From: Phoronis australis
Lineage: Eukaryota; Animalia; Phoronida
Direction: 5' to 3'
DNA length: 64,000 bases
NCBI GenBank assembly: GCA_002633005.1
Contig: NMRA01000767.1
Span: 1 to 64,000, forward strand
Position 1 is the stretch's first letter. Every line of letters begins with the position of its first letter. Under the pieces are notes generated by a model, which saw only the letters and a program-made list of their open reading frames with translations, ran no database searches and was not told the DNA's origin. The position numbers were made by a program, and so were the translations under genes. Below are positions 51,876 through 64,000 of the stretch, one piece after another.

Positions 51876-52200
51876 ATGTAAACAATGTGCGGGGAGGCAC
51901 GTTGTCCCAGGAGTTACAGCCCAAAGGGAGTACTAGAGACTCTGTGGATCAGGATATCAACGGTAGTGAGTTACAAGCTAACGGTGGCGACACACCCCAG
52001 ACTAAGATACCAGATAAACCTTTGAGTTCTGCTTGGACAGATGCGCTAGCAACCGCCGCCATGACAGCAGCGCAGAAAAAACGGGCACAGGCCCGACAAA
52101 ATAGGAACCAAAATGTGAACCCGCGCCCACCGAGGGCACTGTTGTGCCTGTCATTGAAGAACCCCATAAGGAGAGCCTGTATATCCATTGTAGAGTGGAA
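51876..52200 (+). CDS. CACNA1: L-type voltage-gated calcium channel alpha-1 (Cav1, CACNA1C/D-like), N-terminal exon 2; gene continues beyond the window
   Basis: tttctctcgtgtttgcag acceptor; ends [26 protein letters not shown], the diagnostic Cav1 segment before IS1; NSCaTE-like [13 protein letters not shown]; followed by a U12 donor. Confidence 0.95.
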
Positions 52201-52210
52201 ATATCCTTTT
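52201..52210 (+). other. U12 (minor spliceosome) AT-AC type 5' splice site; intron longer than 11.8 kb
   Basis: TGG AA|ATATCCTTTT, phase 2 within the Lys codon of EWK, the known U12 intron position in Cav alpha-1 genes; no PFE-type next exon seen before 64000. Confidence 0.92.
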
Positions 52211-52280
52211 CATGCTCATCTTAGTATTTGTGCATGCATCTTGCAACCCTACGTCTGACTGTGGTCTGTTATTTGCTGTG

Positions 52281-52320
52281 CATGTGTGTGTGTGTGTGCG
52301 TGCGTGCGTGCGTGTGTGTG
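52281..52320. repeat. (TG)n/(TGCG)n microsatellite
   Basis: tgtgtgtgtgtgtgtgcgtgcgtgcgtgcgtgtgtg. Confidence 0.95.
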
Positions 52321-53040
52321 GCATTGTCTGATTCATCTGTTCAGTTGTCAGTGCTGATAATGCTAAGTTATCGAATGCTACAAACATAATGTCCCACATT
52401 AAACCAAATCACTTAGAGCGATTGCCCTGTCGAGGGAGATAGTCATCGTTCACAGGTAACCTGTGTTCAAAGCTGTCTACATTGGTTTTATATTTAATAC
52501 ATTTAGCCGATAGGCAGATGGCAAATAAGAGGAAATTGTAATGGTTGAGGGCATGTTGTTCAGAGCATGTCTGAGTGTTGGTTGAAGATACCATACACAG
52601 CGTACCTCTGGCAGGATTGACCTTGGCTGTGTGCTGGATTCACTTGAAGTGTTACAACTGTGATCAATATTGAGTCCACAGCTATTCTGAGCAGCTGACC
52701 ATGTTTATGTAGAGATTCAAGAGCCTTCTTACAGTGGTGGCAATAAGGACTGACTGGCATGACAGTTTGTTGTGTAAATATGTAAATATGTAATGATTTG
52801 TGTAACAAAGCCTCACACACACAGCAGCGCTGCCATTAAAGCTGGATTGTTTCCTGTTTGGAATACATTCTCCAGCTTTTGATACCACAATGCAACATTC
52901 TTAATGTTATGAAATTATTGCGTGTGCCCACTGAAGTTCACTAACTTCACTGGTTGGTGAGAGTGTATCCTTATTCACTGCTGTAAACTTGATTTAAAAA
53001 TTAGGTGTTGACCTCCATGATAGCATGTATCAGCTTATGT

Positions 53041-53265
53041 TAATTAAAAACCACGGATTTAAACAGCCTTTAGTTTTGACATATTTCAGTGTTTATTGAA
53101 ATACCATCATCAGAAGAATAAAAACAGTGGCCACCTTGCTAGGCCCAACAACAAGTAATGATACACAGTCACAGTCAGTGGCCAGTGGTTTTTTCTTCTG
53201 ATAATGGTGTTTCAATAAACACTAAAACATGTCAAGCTGGTTTAAATCCCTCATTGTTTTTATTA
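53041..53265. mobile_element. inverted pair of Penelope-like element ends, each with a degenerate minimal hammerhead ribozyme motif
   Basis: minus strand 53117-53074: ctt CTGATGA tggtatttcaataaacact GAAA tatgTC; plus strand 53195-53236: ctt CTGATAA tggtgtttcaataaacact AAAA catgTC aag; flanking ggatttaaac/gtttaaatcc also inverted. Confidence 0.65.
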
Positions 53266-53445
53266 GAAGTTGGCCCCTTTGACTTTATGGGTTGACCAAG
53301 TAATCACTGTGAAACAACGACCGACATTGCACTTGAAAAGTACAATGCTGAGACAGCTTACTGAACATACATGATGCTGTGTAGGGAAAATGAACATTCG
53401 GTGTTGACATAAAAATTCAAAGTTGCATTTACATGACTAAGTTGA

Positions 53446-53554
53446 TGGGTAACTGCTGAAAGGTCTAAGTTGACTTGGAACCCAGTTGTCATTAGTTACA
53501 TGGGTAACTGCTGAAAGGTCTAAGTTGACTTGGAACCCAGTTGTCATCAGTTAC
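53446..53554. repeat. 54-bp direct tandem duplication
   Basis: atgggtaactgctgaaaggtctaagttgacttggaacccagttgtcat(t/c)agttac x2. Confidence 0.95.
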
Positions 53555-53773
53555 TGAGCACATTGCAACCAATCTTCTCATTCCATGTTATCTGTATGTC
53601 TAAAAACACAACTGTCCTTTGAGGCAGCATGCGGTCACATTACCAACTCTTATGCAATAGCATACATAATCATCTTTTTCATGCCATATGATCCACAAGA
53701 ACAACTGACCTTGTTTGCTTATATTATTACCAGGTGTCTTCAGTAACCACTTCTAATGCAGTCTATATATATA

Positions 53774-53924
53774 TATGCAAAGATTGCATTTTTCCATACC
53801 TACTCCACAATATAAGTATGCAAAGATTGCATTTTTCCATACCTACTCCACAATATAAGTATGCAAAGATTGCATTTTTCCATACCTACTCCACAATATA
53901 AGTATGCAAAGATTGCATTTTTCC
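53774..53924. repeat. 43-bp minisatellite, ~3.5 copies
   Basis: unit gtatgcaaagattgcatttttccatacctactccacaatataa. Confidence 0.95.
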
Positions 53925-56900
53925 TTGTGTACTCCACCTCTCTGTCCTCTACTTTCACTGCTTCCGAGTTGTGTGTATACTGTAAGCAGCCACTGTGAGT
54001 TTCCGTGATGTCACAGCTAACATCCAAACGATATAATTCAGGATTGAGCGTTGATTTTTGTACCCAGTTGAAGGGTAGTAGAACATGTTCTCAGTATGGC
54101 TATATGTAGCTTCTGCTGGTCCTTAGTCTAGATGTATGGTGAAATCATGTCAATTTCTCACCAAAATTGTTTCATTTTCACTAATTTGGTGCTTCATTTT
54201 TTTGTGAAAAAAGCATTGGAAAATGCAATTGCGCTTGTCCACTGTGTTGTGTCCAAACGTGGCAAGATTTTATTGGTCAGTCCTGTTATACCTACTATGT
54301 AAGTACTCCAGTGTGAAGTAGAATACTGCAAAGCTAACTCATCACAACCACGACCATGAGCACCATAATCCTCACAATCATATCTCTCAATTCTGCGAAT
54401 TGTCTAAATTTAGTTAATCAGATACCAGCTGTGGAAAGTGTGTTTGTACAGTATGGCAATGTTTATGTGTTAAAAATCTTTATGTGATCTCACCTTACCA
54501 AGTGAAGCCAGCCTTTTCACTGAGCTACCTTCTTTCTCAAGAATTTTGAAGTCATGTTCAGGGTAATTTAAGTCATGTTCTGGGCAACTTGATTGGGTCT
54601 GTAAACGAAACAAAAGCTCCAAAACTAGATTCATCATTCACAGGATGATGTGCGTGGTACATTTTCCTTGGTGAGGTTCTTGTAAAAATTATAAGATGGA
54701 TGGCTTGAATGTTGTGATGCTTAATATCTTGAGTTTCTGTGGTCCTGTCCTTCATTTCCACTAAATCTAACATGTTTGTTTTACTGCTGAATACTCTGGT
54801 TGGGTGTTGTCAGATATAAGCCAGTCAGTTACTAATCAGTACATTCTGAATGGTCTCTGTGAATTTTATGTTACTGAGGTATCTGTTGACTGGTGCCTTC
54901 TGAGTGTTCAGCCTGCATTTCAGCCACTGACAAGGTTTTGTGGCTATTATAAGGCTTCGCACACACCTAGAACTAGGAGCTGAGCTGGGTGCCTCTTGTG
55001 ACAGTTACCTGAGCAACGGGGACTTGCACATTTGCTGTGCACTGTTAGGATCGCTAGGTTGATTAATTAAGACTTTCTGAAACTCTTTATAGGTTATGGT
55101 TTTGAACACTAATTTATGGTTGAATTTGAGCGGTTCATGGATTTGGCTGGAAAATGAGACGTACAGGACTGTTGATGAATTGACTACAATATTGTGCATC
55201 ATATGTTCAACAGGATCTTTTTGCTCAGCTCACTTTCACTTGAGGCAGCCAGCTCAACTCATAACTGTTAGTTTGCAGTGGGCTTAGTGAAGGTTTACTG
55301 CTAACACATGAGCTGGGCTCTAAAAAGTTCACAACCAATGAGTTGAAATGTCAAGTTCCTTAATAGGGATACATTTCTTCCCTTGGTGCCCAGCTTGCGC
55401 TAAAATGTGAGATATAGCTATGTTTGCTTTAAAACAAATAAAATGCCAGTTGTCAGAAATAAACTGTTCCATGACAATATTCTGTCTGGACATTCTGTTA
55501 GTGAGTTGTGCTTGAGATAAGTTGTCAACAGCTGATAGTGATTTGTTCTTTTGGTATTAGGTGTTACAGTAGTTGTTGGTCTTGTGGTTCTTGTCTGTGT
55601 TCTTCAATGGACTCAGCAAATTGACATAACCAGTCAGTAGAAAAGGTTTTTAGATTTTGTGGTTCTCTTCCAGTTGCACAGACGCATCAAGTCACGTGAC
55701 TTGATTGCCGTTTGGCCTTATTCTGCCCTTATTCCCTTTGTTTTCCATGTAACCATGGTGATAGTACTGGGAATTATATAGCCAGTCACATAGCCAGCTA
55801 TCGTCTTTCTAAAAGGCCCCCACGAGACACTTGCAGCATCAATCTTGACTTACAGAGGGTGAGCCTGGAATGTTAAATTCTGGTTTTAAGCCCACTATTT
55901 CCGTTTGGTAAGCCAAGATTTTGCTGCAGTTCGTAATCACATCAGTGTGTGGCCATTGTACTCCTGTAGGAGAGTATACTGAGTGATTTCTCTGGTAATA
56001 TTGTCACCAACATTGCTCTGATTTAACCTTTGAACCTATTTCAAACTACTTTAATCGAATGCTGGAAAGTGAGCTTAAAACACCTATAAACCTGAATTCC
56101 TTCCTAGAAATGAACTTTTTACTGTCTCAATTTGTTCCATTATCAAATTAGAAAAGATTTGTTTTCACTGAAGGTCTGACATTTTGCTAGCATTTTCCCT
56201 TCATTTGTGCACTCATTACTGATAACATTTTATTCAATGTTTCAACAGCTACATCAAGTCCTTGAAAACTGACCTTTAATCTTGACTGTAAAACTCATAT
56301 TAGCTTTAGTTTAACATGTAAACTATCAAAGATTAGTTTCTATTTTTTTGTCATTTTCATAGTCAGAACTAGGCTGCTTTAGCTATGACAAAATAAGGTT
56401 AATTTCACAAGAAAGCATTAGATTCTGTTGCAAACAGTAACAATGCATAGACAATCACAGCAGGATCATTTCAAAGACAACTAACACAGCTTCAGAACAG
56501 ATATTATTGCAAACACCCACATGTTAAGTCTGTATATTATATACACCCACATGTAAAGTTTTCTAGTGAGGAAATACAATTTACACTTAAGTGTCAAGCC
56601 TAATGGCAGACTAGAAGTTCTTAATTGTTGGTAAACAGGAACAGCACTACAAATGCTCGCATTTGTAAAGGAATTAAATTTGTCATCGACATGCGACAAA
56701 ACAAATAATTTGAACCTATGGTAATTCAGCTTTTGATTTTTGCATAACACTGTTAAAACAGCTAAGAACGGCCTTCCAGTACAAAAAGCAAGATTATTTT
56801 TGGTTTGGAAATTGGTCTCAAATTGCTCCTTGGTGAAACTGTAGGTGATTACCCTTGTAATTGGTCGTGGTTGATTGAGACCAAAATCTTTAAATTGGCA

Positions 56901-59479
56901 TGTCATTTTGTGTCATTTTATGCCTTGGTTTCAGTCTGGGGAGTAAATAGGTTTCATGGTATTTGGCCCCTGGGGTTGAAAATGTTAAAATCAAATAAAG
57001 ATTAGATTTTTAGCACTAAGATATCTCTTCATGGTTGGTCCATATAGTTTTTGTTGGTCTTTTTGTGAAACTTGTGTCAGTAGTGAGGGAAGTATGGTAT
57101 AATCTAAACTATTTTGGACATAAATCAAATTTTAGTTTCTCATGTTTTTCTATGAAAGACAAGTAGGACTAAAGTAATGCTTCAAGGCTTTTATCGTAGC
57201 TACCAATGGCATTAGACAATATTTTGAAAATGTGGCTGTTATAACAATCTTTGAAGCCCATTGCAAACAAAAAAAAATGACATTTTGGTGCATGTTTTTG
57301 CATTGAATTGATGAGATTTTACCGTACCCAATTTACTGTGGGATCCATCATACATGCTTGTAAATTGCCAGTTTCCAGGCAGGCAATCTGGTACACAAAA
57401 CAAGCAAAACCACTGAAGAATTTATGGCCACATAACTACAGATGATTACAGTTTAAATGAGAGCCTATTGTCAAGTTGGGATTTAAATGTTCTGGACAAG
57501 TGTTAATAACTTGCAGAATAGTAATATAAGTTGCTTAACTAGTCTATTCTACTGCTGGTTCACTGCAACACATTCCTGTTCATAATGTGGCCGCTGTCAT
57601 TACTAGATTGAACATATCTTTTATAGCACCAGCTTGCACTCTATATCTTTTATAGCACCAGCTTGCACTCTATATCTTCTTCTCAAGGTCACTGTCCTGT
57701 GAACTCTTCACTCAACTGTATCTTATTAATTTAATGAGCTTTTCACAACTGGCTGAGATTTGTGTGGTAAAATGGTAAATGGCCAAATTACTCATAGCTA
57801 TAGTTGTCCACTTGGAAGTTGTAACGGAAATTCTGGCTACCAGATTTCTTGGATGAAATTTTAACTCGACATGTATTCAATGTGTTGTTAATTCACATAA
57901 GTGTGAATTCAGTTTGAATTTAACTCTTGAATTATGTGGACTTATGTTGCTTAGTTCACTTTTGCCTCAATAATACATCTGAAGTAATTCAATTGACTTG
58001 TCCCACTTCCAGGTGAGTTCTCAAAATCACCTGTGGAGAAAATGTCCACGAGATTGTACTGTCTTACAGCCATGATGGTTAATTGATCACTACTTATGTG
58101 TGCTCATCAAAAAAATTCAGGCTAAGAGGTTCAATGAAATTCATCACTTGTCAAACCTTAACCTCAATGACACCAGACAATCAGTTGTGTCCTGTGTCCA
58201 GGATAGCATCAAAGTAGTCCTATCACCTCCCCACATCAATATTCATTGTGTAGGTTTGGTCATGGTTACTCTTGGTCCTTTCCAATCATGTGACTTAAGG
58301 TGTTGATATGGGGTTAGGCAAACATCCTATGTTTATTTCTGAAACAGATTTATTACAGCTAAAACCAATAGTATGTCAGAGTATTGTTAAGTTCTCAATA
58401 CACATGTCTCTGAATTGTGCTGCCCTATAAGTTTGAGAGATTGTGTTGTAACGCTCAACAAACACCCCTTTCACAAACTGGTTATGTTTCCTAGAGCACT
58501 CTCGCTAATAGCAAAAATGATAGAAATGTGAATGGTTGTAATTGCCACTTAGGCCAGCCCTTCGCTGTCCGCTGCTCGACACACTCTCCCAAAACTGCTA
58601 GACAGTTCTAGAACTTAGATCACAAGTCGGGAGTTCTTGCCTCGGAAGGGAAAATCCCACTGGCCTTAGATTCCTACGGCATTGTTCAAGACCGAAACAA
58701 TCGACGTAGTGCTCTTTAGCATTGTGCAATTAAGCGTCTTTTCTTTGACCCAATTTTAGATTCGAACAGAGTTAGCTGATGGGAAAAAACAATTTCTTTC
58801 ACAGACATTTATTGTGTTTTGGATTTTTATCTTGAGTCATTGGAGAATCTCATGTAACAATGTTGATTTGATGGTATGGCGATAGTAAAAATTTTAAAGT
58901 TCTGTGGAATTGGTCTTCTTGAAAGTCTCCATCCAGGTCACGTGTAAAGAGCATGTGGGTACTGCATGTTTGTTCATAAAATGCTCGAGCGACATCTCGA
59001 AACTCGGCAAATTTCGACTTATCGCCACCATATCGCCCTCATGTGGTGAATGAACCTATATCAACTACCGCATATAACTTGAAATTGTGTATCACAGAAT
59101 GCAATATTGTGTAGAAGAACTTGGTTAGCTACAAGGACACACCTAGGATTTCAATTGTAGTGGTCTAAATTTAATGTTGTGTAAGATTTTACCAACAAGT
59201 ATGGTTATTTAGCCAACTATCTGCAAAGCCACAGAATTCAAAATCGATAAAAGTGCATGTTTTCTGAAAGCAGAAAGCATCAAGAATTTGACTTTTGACT
59301 TGGTCCCCAATGTGCAACATCACGGGTCACATGACCTTGTCTTTTTAATAAAATGTAATGAAAAAAGGTACATTGATTTTGTACTCAAACAACGATATCA
59401 AAAACTTGAAGTTTCCAAAAGCAAATCTAATGCAAATTTTAAATCTTTTCATGAAATTCATAAATTCATAAATTTTTGA

Positions 59480-59614
59480 TAGGCCCTCATGAAAACAGGA
59501 ACATCTTAAAAAGCAGTTCCTTACAGCGTTTGAGATGTCAGTGTATAAAGTATGTTACAAGATGTTCTGAAGTTAGCCATATTTGGACATTTCTCTAGGG
59601 CTGTACATAACCTT
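59480..59614 (-). mobile_element. reverse-oriented copy of the taaggttatgta.. interspersed family
   Basis: ttagccatatttggacatttctctagggctgtacataacctta is the reverse complement of the family start seen at 18642 and 5047. Confidence 0.6.
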
Positions 59615-61707
59615 ATCAGCTTATATAAGGTTCATGAATTATTGAATTGCATATCTCCACCACAATCAACCTTGGGAATTGGGATAGAATAATTTCCGGG
59701 ACAATTTTGAATGTCATTTTTGTTATCTAAGGTTCAAAAGGTGAGGATTTGAGATGGATAGTACGAGCTCGCATTTTGCCGGTAGTGACCTCAGATGAAA
59801 TCTTGACACACGAGTTGTATTGTGGGTAAAAACTTTAGAATAAGAATGGTGTTGTGCTAATTCAGGAGAAGCTTATTCAAGAGTTTGGTTTTTGGAACTG
59901 GCGTTTTTATTGACAAGTTTCTGTAAGTTAGAACTGCAAATTGTTATGAAATTCATGTGCATGGAAAAGGTGACGGTTGTTTTATTATAGTTACAAGATC
60001 AAGGTGAAATGGTATAGCGATGAACCTAAGATGTTGAAGGAAGCAACCACAGTTTCCAAAAGTGTTCCCCTAGAGGGTTATTGTTCTGTCGGTTGTGGTA
60101 CCTGGGGCTCCTGGTGCCTCCATCCCTCTATGTACATATTGCAACTGTCTTTGAACAATGGAGATGGGTATAAACAAGTATGTAACCTTCTAATTTGTGA
60201 CTGAGTGTGTCATTGATACAACAACAAANTCACCTAAAGTAGGGGGTGGGCGGTTAACTGAGCATGGGCGTTAACCCGAACGATTACGGTATATTGTCAA
60301 TGTTGGAGTGGGCAGCACTGGTCAGACAATGACTCTACACTCCACTGGCCTCTTCCTACATATATTGTCTGTGGTGGAGTGGGCAGTACTGGTCAGATAA
60401 TGACCCTACACTCACCTGTCCGTGCTGTTCTTCAAATGTGCTGTTGGGCAACATTGGTTAAATCCTTGATTTGCCTGTCCGTGTGAGTGGTTGTCTTGTT
60501 GAATTTTATAAAAATATACATCTTGTGTATGCTGCTAGGGCTAGTAGCTTCAACTATTAAATGCTTGCTTAAGGGATGATAATTGTGTTTCTATAGCAAC
60601 AGTGCCTTCATTAAAGAAATGGATATTTTATTTAATACATTCTCTTCCCTCACTCGCTGGTTAGGATGTTCTTTTCTGTCTTACAAGTCACGGACTACAA
60701 CTTCATGTGTGCTGGAACACTATCTGCTTTGGTCTGCTGCCTGATCTGATCTGAGTTTCCTGTGAACATATGACATTTCTGTGATGAACTAGTAGATTTT
60801 TTCAGTGTTTGTATTGGAGTTGTGCAATGAGGCGTAACATATAGTGAAGGTTCCAGAAAGTCTGAGTAGCTACACACTTAATGTAAACAAGAAGTTGATA
60901 TGCGTCTACCTGGATGCATGTCTCCCTTTCTCCCAATCCACACAATGGGTGCCAGCGACACTGGACACAGGGACAAATTCCAAAGTCAACAGTTTTAGCC
61001 TCTACAAATGTATTTGAGTCGAAATTTGAGATTTCAGGCGCAAAGCAGCAACTGCGGGGAAAAGTTCCTGAAATTGACTGGAGGTGGAACACTACTGGGG
61101 ATCTGAAGCTATATGTTGCTCTTTGTCCTCATTGACTTGGCTTTCAGTGTTGAAAATCTTGATCTTTTATGATGAATGCCCACCGGGAATTACCACAGCC
61201 ATGTTTACTAGTGTAATCTATCCTTGTTTACTTCGCGGTTTTGGGTTAGATTGACATCATAGTTGGGTCACATGACACTGTATTTTTAAGTGCGTAAAAA
61301 TTGCAACAGGGCACCGAAAAAGGTCTTTATTATTTTTCTTTACGAACACGTGGTTACAACTCAATCCTTAAGCATAGTGAGCGACTGATCATGGTATAAC
61401 TGTGTTATGCTACCAATTGTTGGCTGCCATGTTCTGCTCTTAACTTTCAAAATTTCTACCCACCCAACATTCGTCCTATTCAACTGAAGGGATTGCCACC
61501 CTGTATGCAGACAAATATTCCAGTGGTTATGTTGAACCCATGTAATGGGTGGGGATGTTGTGAAACAGTAGAAATCCTGAAATGTTAAGTGTCTTAGCCA
61601 CTGAAGAAGTGAGATGTCTATGCTGTTCATTGATGAGAACATATGTGAGCAATATGTATTGTACGTAGACCAATATGTATTGTATGTAGACCAATATGTA
61701 TTGAATG

Positions 61708-63723
61708 TAGACCACCTTCTGCTGCTTTCCTAGGTATAGGTTTGATGCTACACAAGATTGGAAGCTGTACCATATTGATCTTTTTCACCTCAGTCTTGTC
61801 AGGTCTCCCTGTGTCATCAGTCATGTCCCTAACAATTATGCAGTTTTGTTGTTCCCTTCAGTTGTGTAGGACGTGGGTTACATAGGGACATGCAAAAATT
61901 GATGGAGATAATTGTAGGATTCAAACAATTTTTGCTGTGAAATATTTGCATTTTTACTCAGTTTTGCTTCGATTCTCATCAACATCAACTTTGGCTGGAT
62001 TCATTTGGAAAAATTATCCAAATTTGAACGGGGAGAAGGGAAAATGAAAGAGCTTGACACTAACTGAAGCTACAGGACATGATAGTATTACACTAAAGCT
62101 TTTAAAGCCCATTGCATCACAGCTGTCACTGTGGTTTTTAATCAGTGTATTGACTTATGTGTTTGTTCAGATAAAAGGGAGGTTAGGCAGATGGTGCCCC
62201 AGTATTGTCGCTCCCCTGTTAGGCAGATGGTGCCCCAGTATTGTCGCTCTCAAAAATGTTTTGATTGGCTTTTGCTGTTGCAGTTCACCACCATTTAAGG
62301 CACAATCTTCAGTCTTAGAATAGCAGCCAGTACTTGGTATTTGCCTCTGTTAAGAAGATTTCCTCTTTTTTGGTTTCGATTTCCTCTTTTTGTGTCTCTT
62401 TTTATCATTATGTTGACCTTTTTGATGCAAAAATATATAATTTATTTCGGTTAAATTTTACAACTCAAAAATGTTTCTCTTACACAAACCTATTTATTTG
62501 TGGACCGATACTTCACCTAGATTTTTTTGTTATTGATCATTCGAAGCCCTAATTCAGCATATTTTGTTAGATATAGCTGCCAGTAGGCACTCATGCCTGT
62601 GTTTGAAGGCTGGAAATCAACACTGGAGACCGCTAGTGTCCTGATGGACTTTAAAGCAAGGCCTTTGAATATTTACCCCATCAGCTGACCATTGCCATAC
62701 TTTTAGCATATGGTCTGTCTGACAATGTCTAANTAGACCACCTTCTGCTGCTTACCTAGGTATAGGTTTGATGCTACACAAGATTGGAAGCTGTACCACA
62801 TTGATCTTTTTCACTTCAGTCTTGTCAGGTCTCCCTGTGTCATCAGTCATGTCCCTAACAATCATGCAGTTTTGGTATTCCCTTCAGTTCTGTGGGACGT
62901 GGGTTACATAGGAACATGCAAAAATTGATGGAGATAATCGTAGGATTCAAGCAATTTTTGCTGGGAAATATTTGCATTTTTACTCAGTTTTGCTGCGATT
63001 CTCATCAACATCAACTTTGCCAGGATTCATTTGGAAACAATTATCCAAATTTGAACGGGGAGAAGGGAAAATGAAAGAGCTTGACACTAACTGAAGATAC
63101 AGTACATGATAGTATTGCACTAAAGCTTTTAAAGCCCATTGCATCACAGCTGTCACTGTGGTTTTTAATCAGTGTATTGACTTATGCCTTTGTTCAGATA
63201 AAAGGGAGGTTAGGCAGATGGTGCCCCAGTATTGTCGCTCTCAAAAATGTTTTGATTGGCTCTTGCTGTTGCAATTCACCACCATTTGAGGCACAATCTT
63301 CAGTCTTAGAATAGCAGTCAGTACTTGGTATTTGCCTCTGTTAAGAAGATTTCCTCTTTTTTGGTTTCGATTTCCTCTTTTTGTGTCTGTTTTTATCATT
63401 ATGTTGACCTTTTTGATGCAAAAATATATAATTTATTTCGGTTAAATTTTACAACTCAAAAATGTTTCTCTTACACAAACCTATTTATTTGTGGACCGAT
63501 ACTTCACCTAGATTTTTTTGTTATTGATCATTCGAAGCCCTAATTCAGCATATTTTGTTAGATATAGCTGCCAGTAGGCACTCATGCCTGTGTTTGAAGG
63601 CTGGAAATCAACACTGGAGACCGCTAGTGTCCTGATGGACTTTAAAGCAAGGCCTTTGAATATTTACCCCATCAGCTGACCATTGCCATACTTTTAGCAT
63701 ATGGTCTGTCTGACAATGTCTAA
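61708..63723. repeat. ~1 kb tandem duplication (61708-62732 vs 62734-63723) joined by a single n; probably uncollapsed haplotypes
   Basis: copies abut at n 62733; scattered substitutions in the 5' part, a 36-bp internal duplication only in copy 1, apparently identical 3' parts. Confidence 0.9.
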
Positions 63724-64000
63724 ACACTCAACTGGTCCTATCTAACAAGTCATACAGCTACAAGTGTGAAGTTGGCAGAATACTTTAGTCAGTGGATCCA
63801 TCTCTAGAAATGGATACCTCAGGGATCATGGTTGGGGGTCTGCCCTTTTTAATGTTTTACCTACCTTGAAAGCAATGTCGCAACTTTATCTGGATGACAA
63901 TTATATCTCCCTTGAGCTCTGTGTCTGCCAACATGTGTAACTGAGGTGACAATGTGGCTGTGGTTTGAGCTTCGCATTCCCGTTTGGGAGACCCAGGTTC

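Noticed and set aside
55354-55372. ttccttaat...ac as the U12 branch point and acceptor (also tccttgac near 56280)
   Set aside because: The downstream sequence does not encode the Cav1 IS1 helix (PFE..ILLTI)
62054-63543. Twin ORF pairs suggesting a duplicated small-gene cassette
   Set aside because: Products of the 1-kb duplication in the Cav1 intron; non-ATG starts and no recognisable homology

Overview
AT-rich, intron-rich genomic DNA from an invertebrate bilaterian animal (draft assembly: one long N gap and several single-n joins). The ORF track is mostly noise, so genes were reconstructed exon by exon. (1) A complete mRNA-decapping activator gene, DCP1, lies on the minus strand: 11 coding exons between 46401 and 9852, all GT-AG and phase-compatible, 1350 nt = 449 aa + stop, with the EVH1 domain, the DILQLLSRAQEEY motif and the C-terminal trimerisation domain. 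(2) Head-to-head with it, about 3.7 kb away on the plus strand, is the 5' end of an L-type voltage-gated calcium channel alpha-1 (Cav1) gene: a probable 19-nt first coding exon, a 325-nt exon 2 with an NSCaTE-like motif and a downstream Kozak ATG, then a U12-type (ATATCCTTT) intron running past the window end. Human DCP1A-CACNA1D and DCP1B-CACNA1C have the same divergent pairing. The remainder is intronic/UTR sequence with transposon remnants (5'-truncated HERO-like RLE retroelement, Kolobok-like THAP element, Harbinger/hAT/TcMar-like MITEs, a Helentron-associated-like family, an inverted pair of Penelope-type minimal hammerhead motifs), many minisatellites and two ~1 kb duplications at assembly joins. 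Best new leads: a duplicated, phase-matched candidate alternative DCP1 exon and a candidate poison micro-exon in DCP1 intron 1. No clearly novel multi-gene system was found; transposon family names are pattern-based, not database-confirmed.
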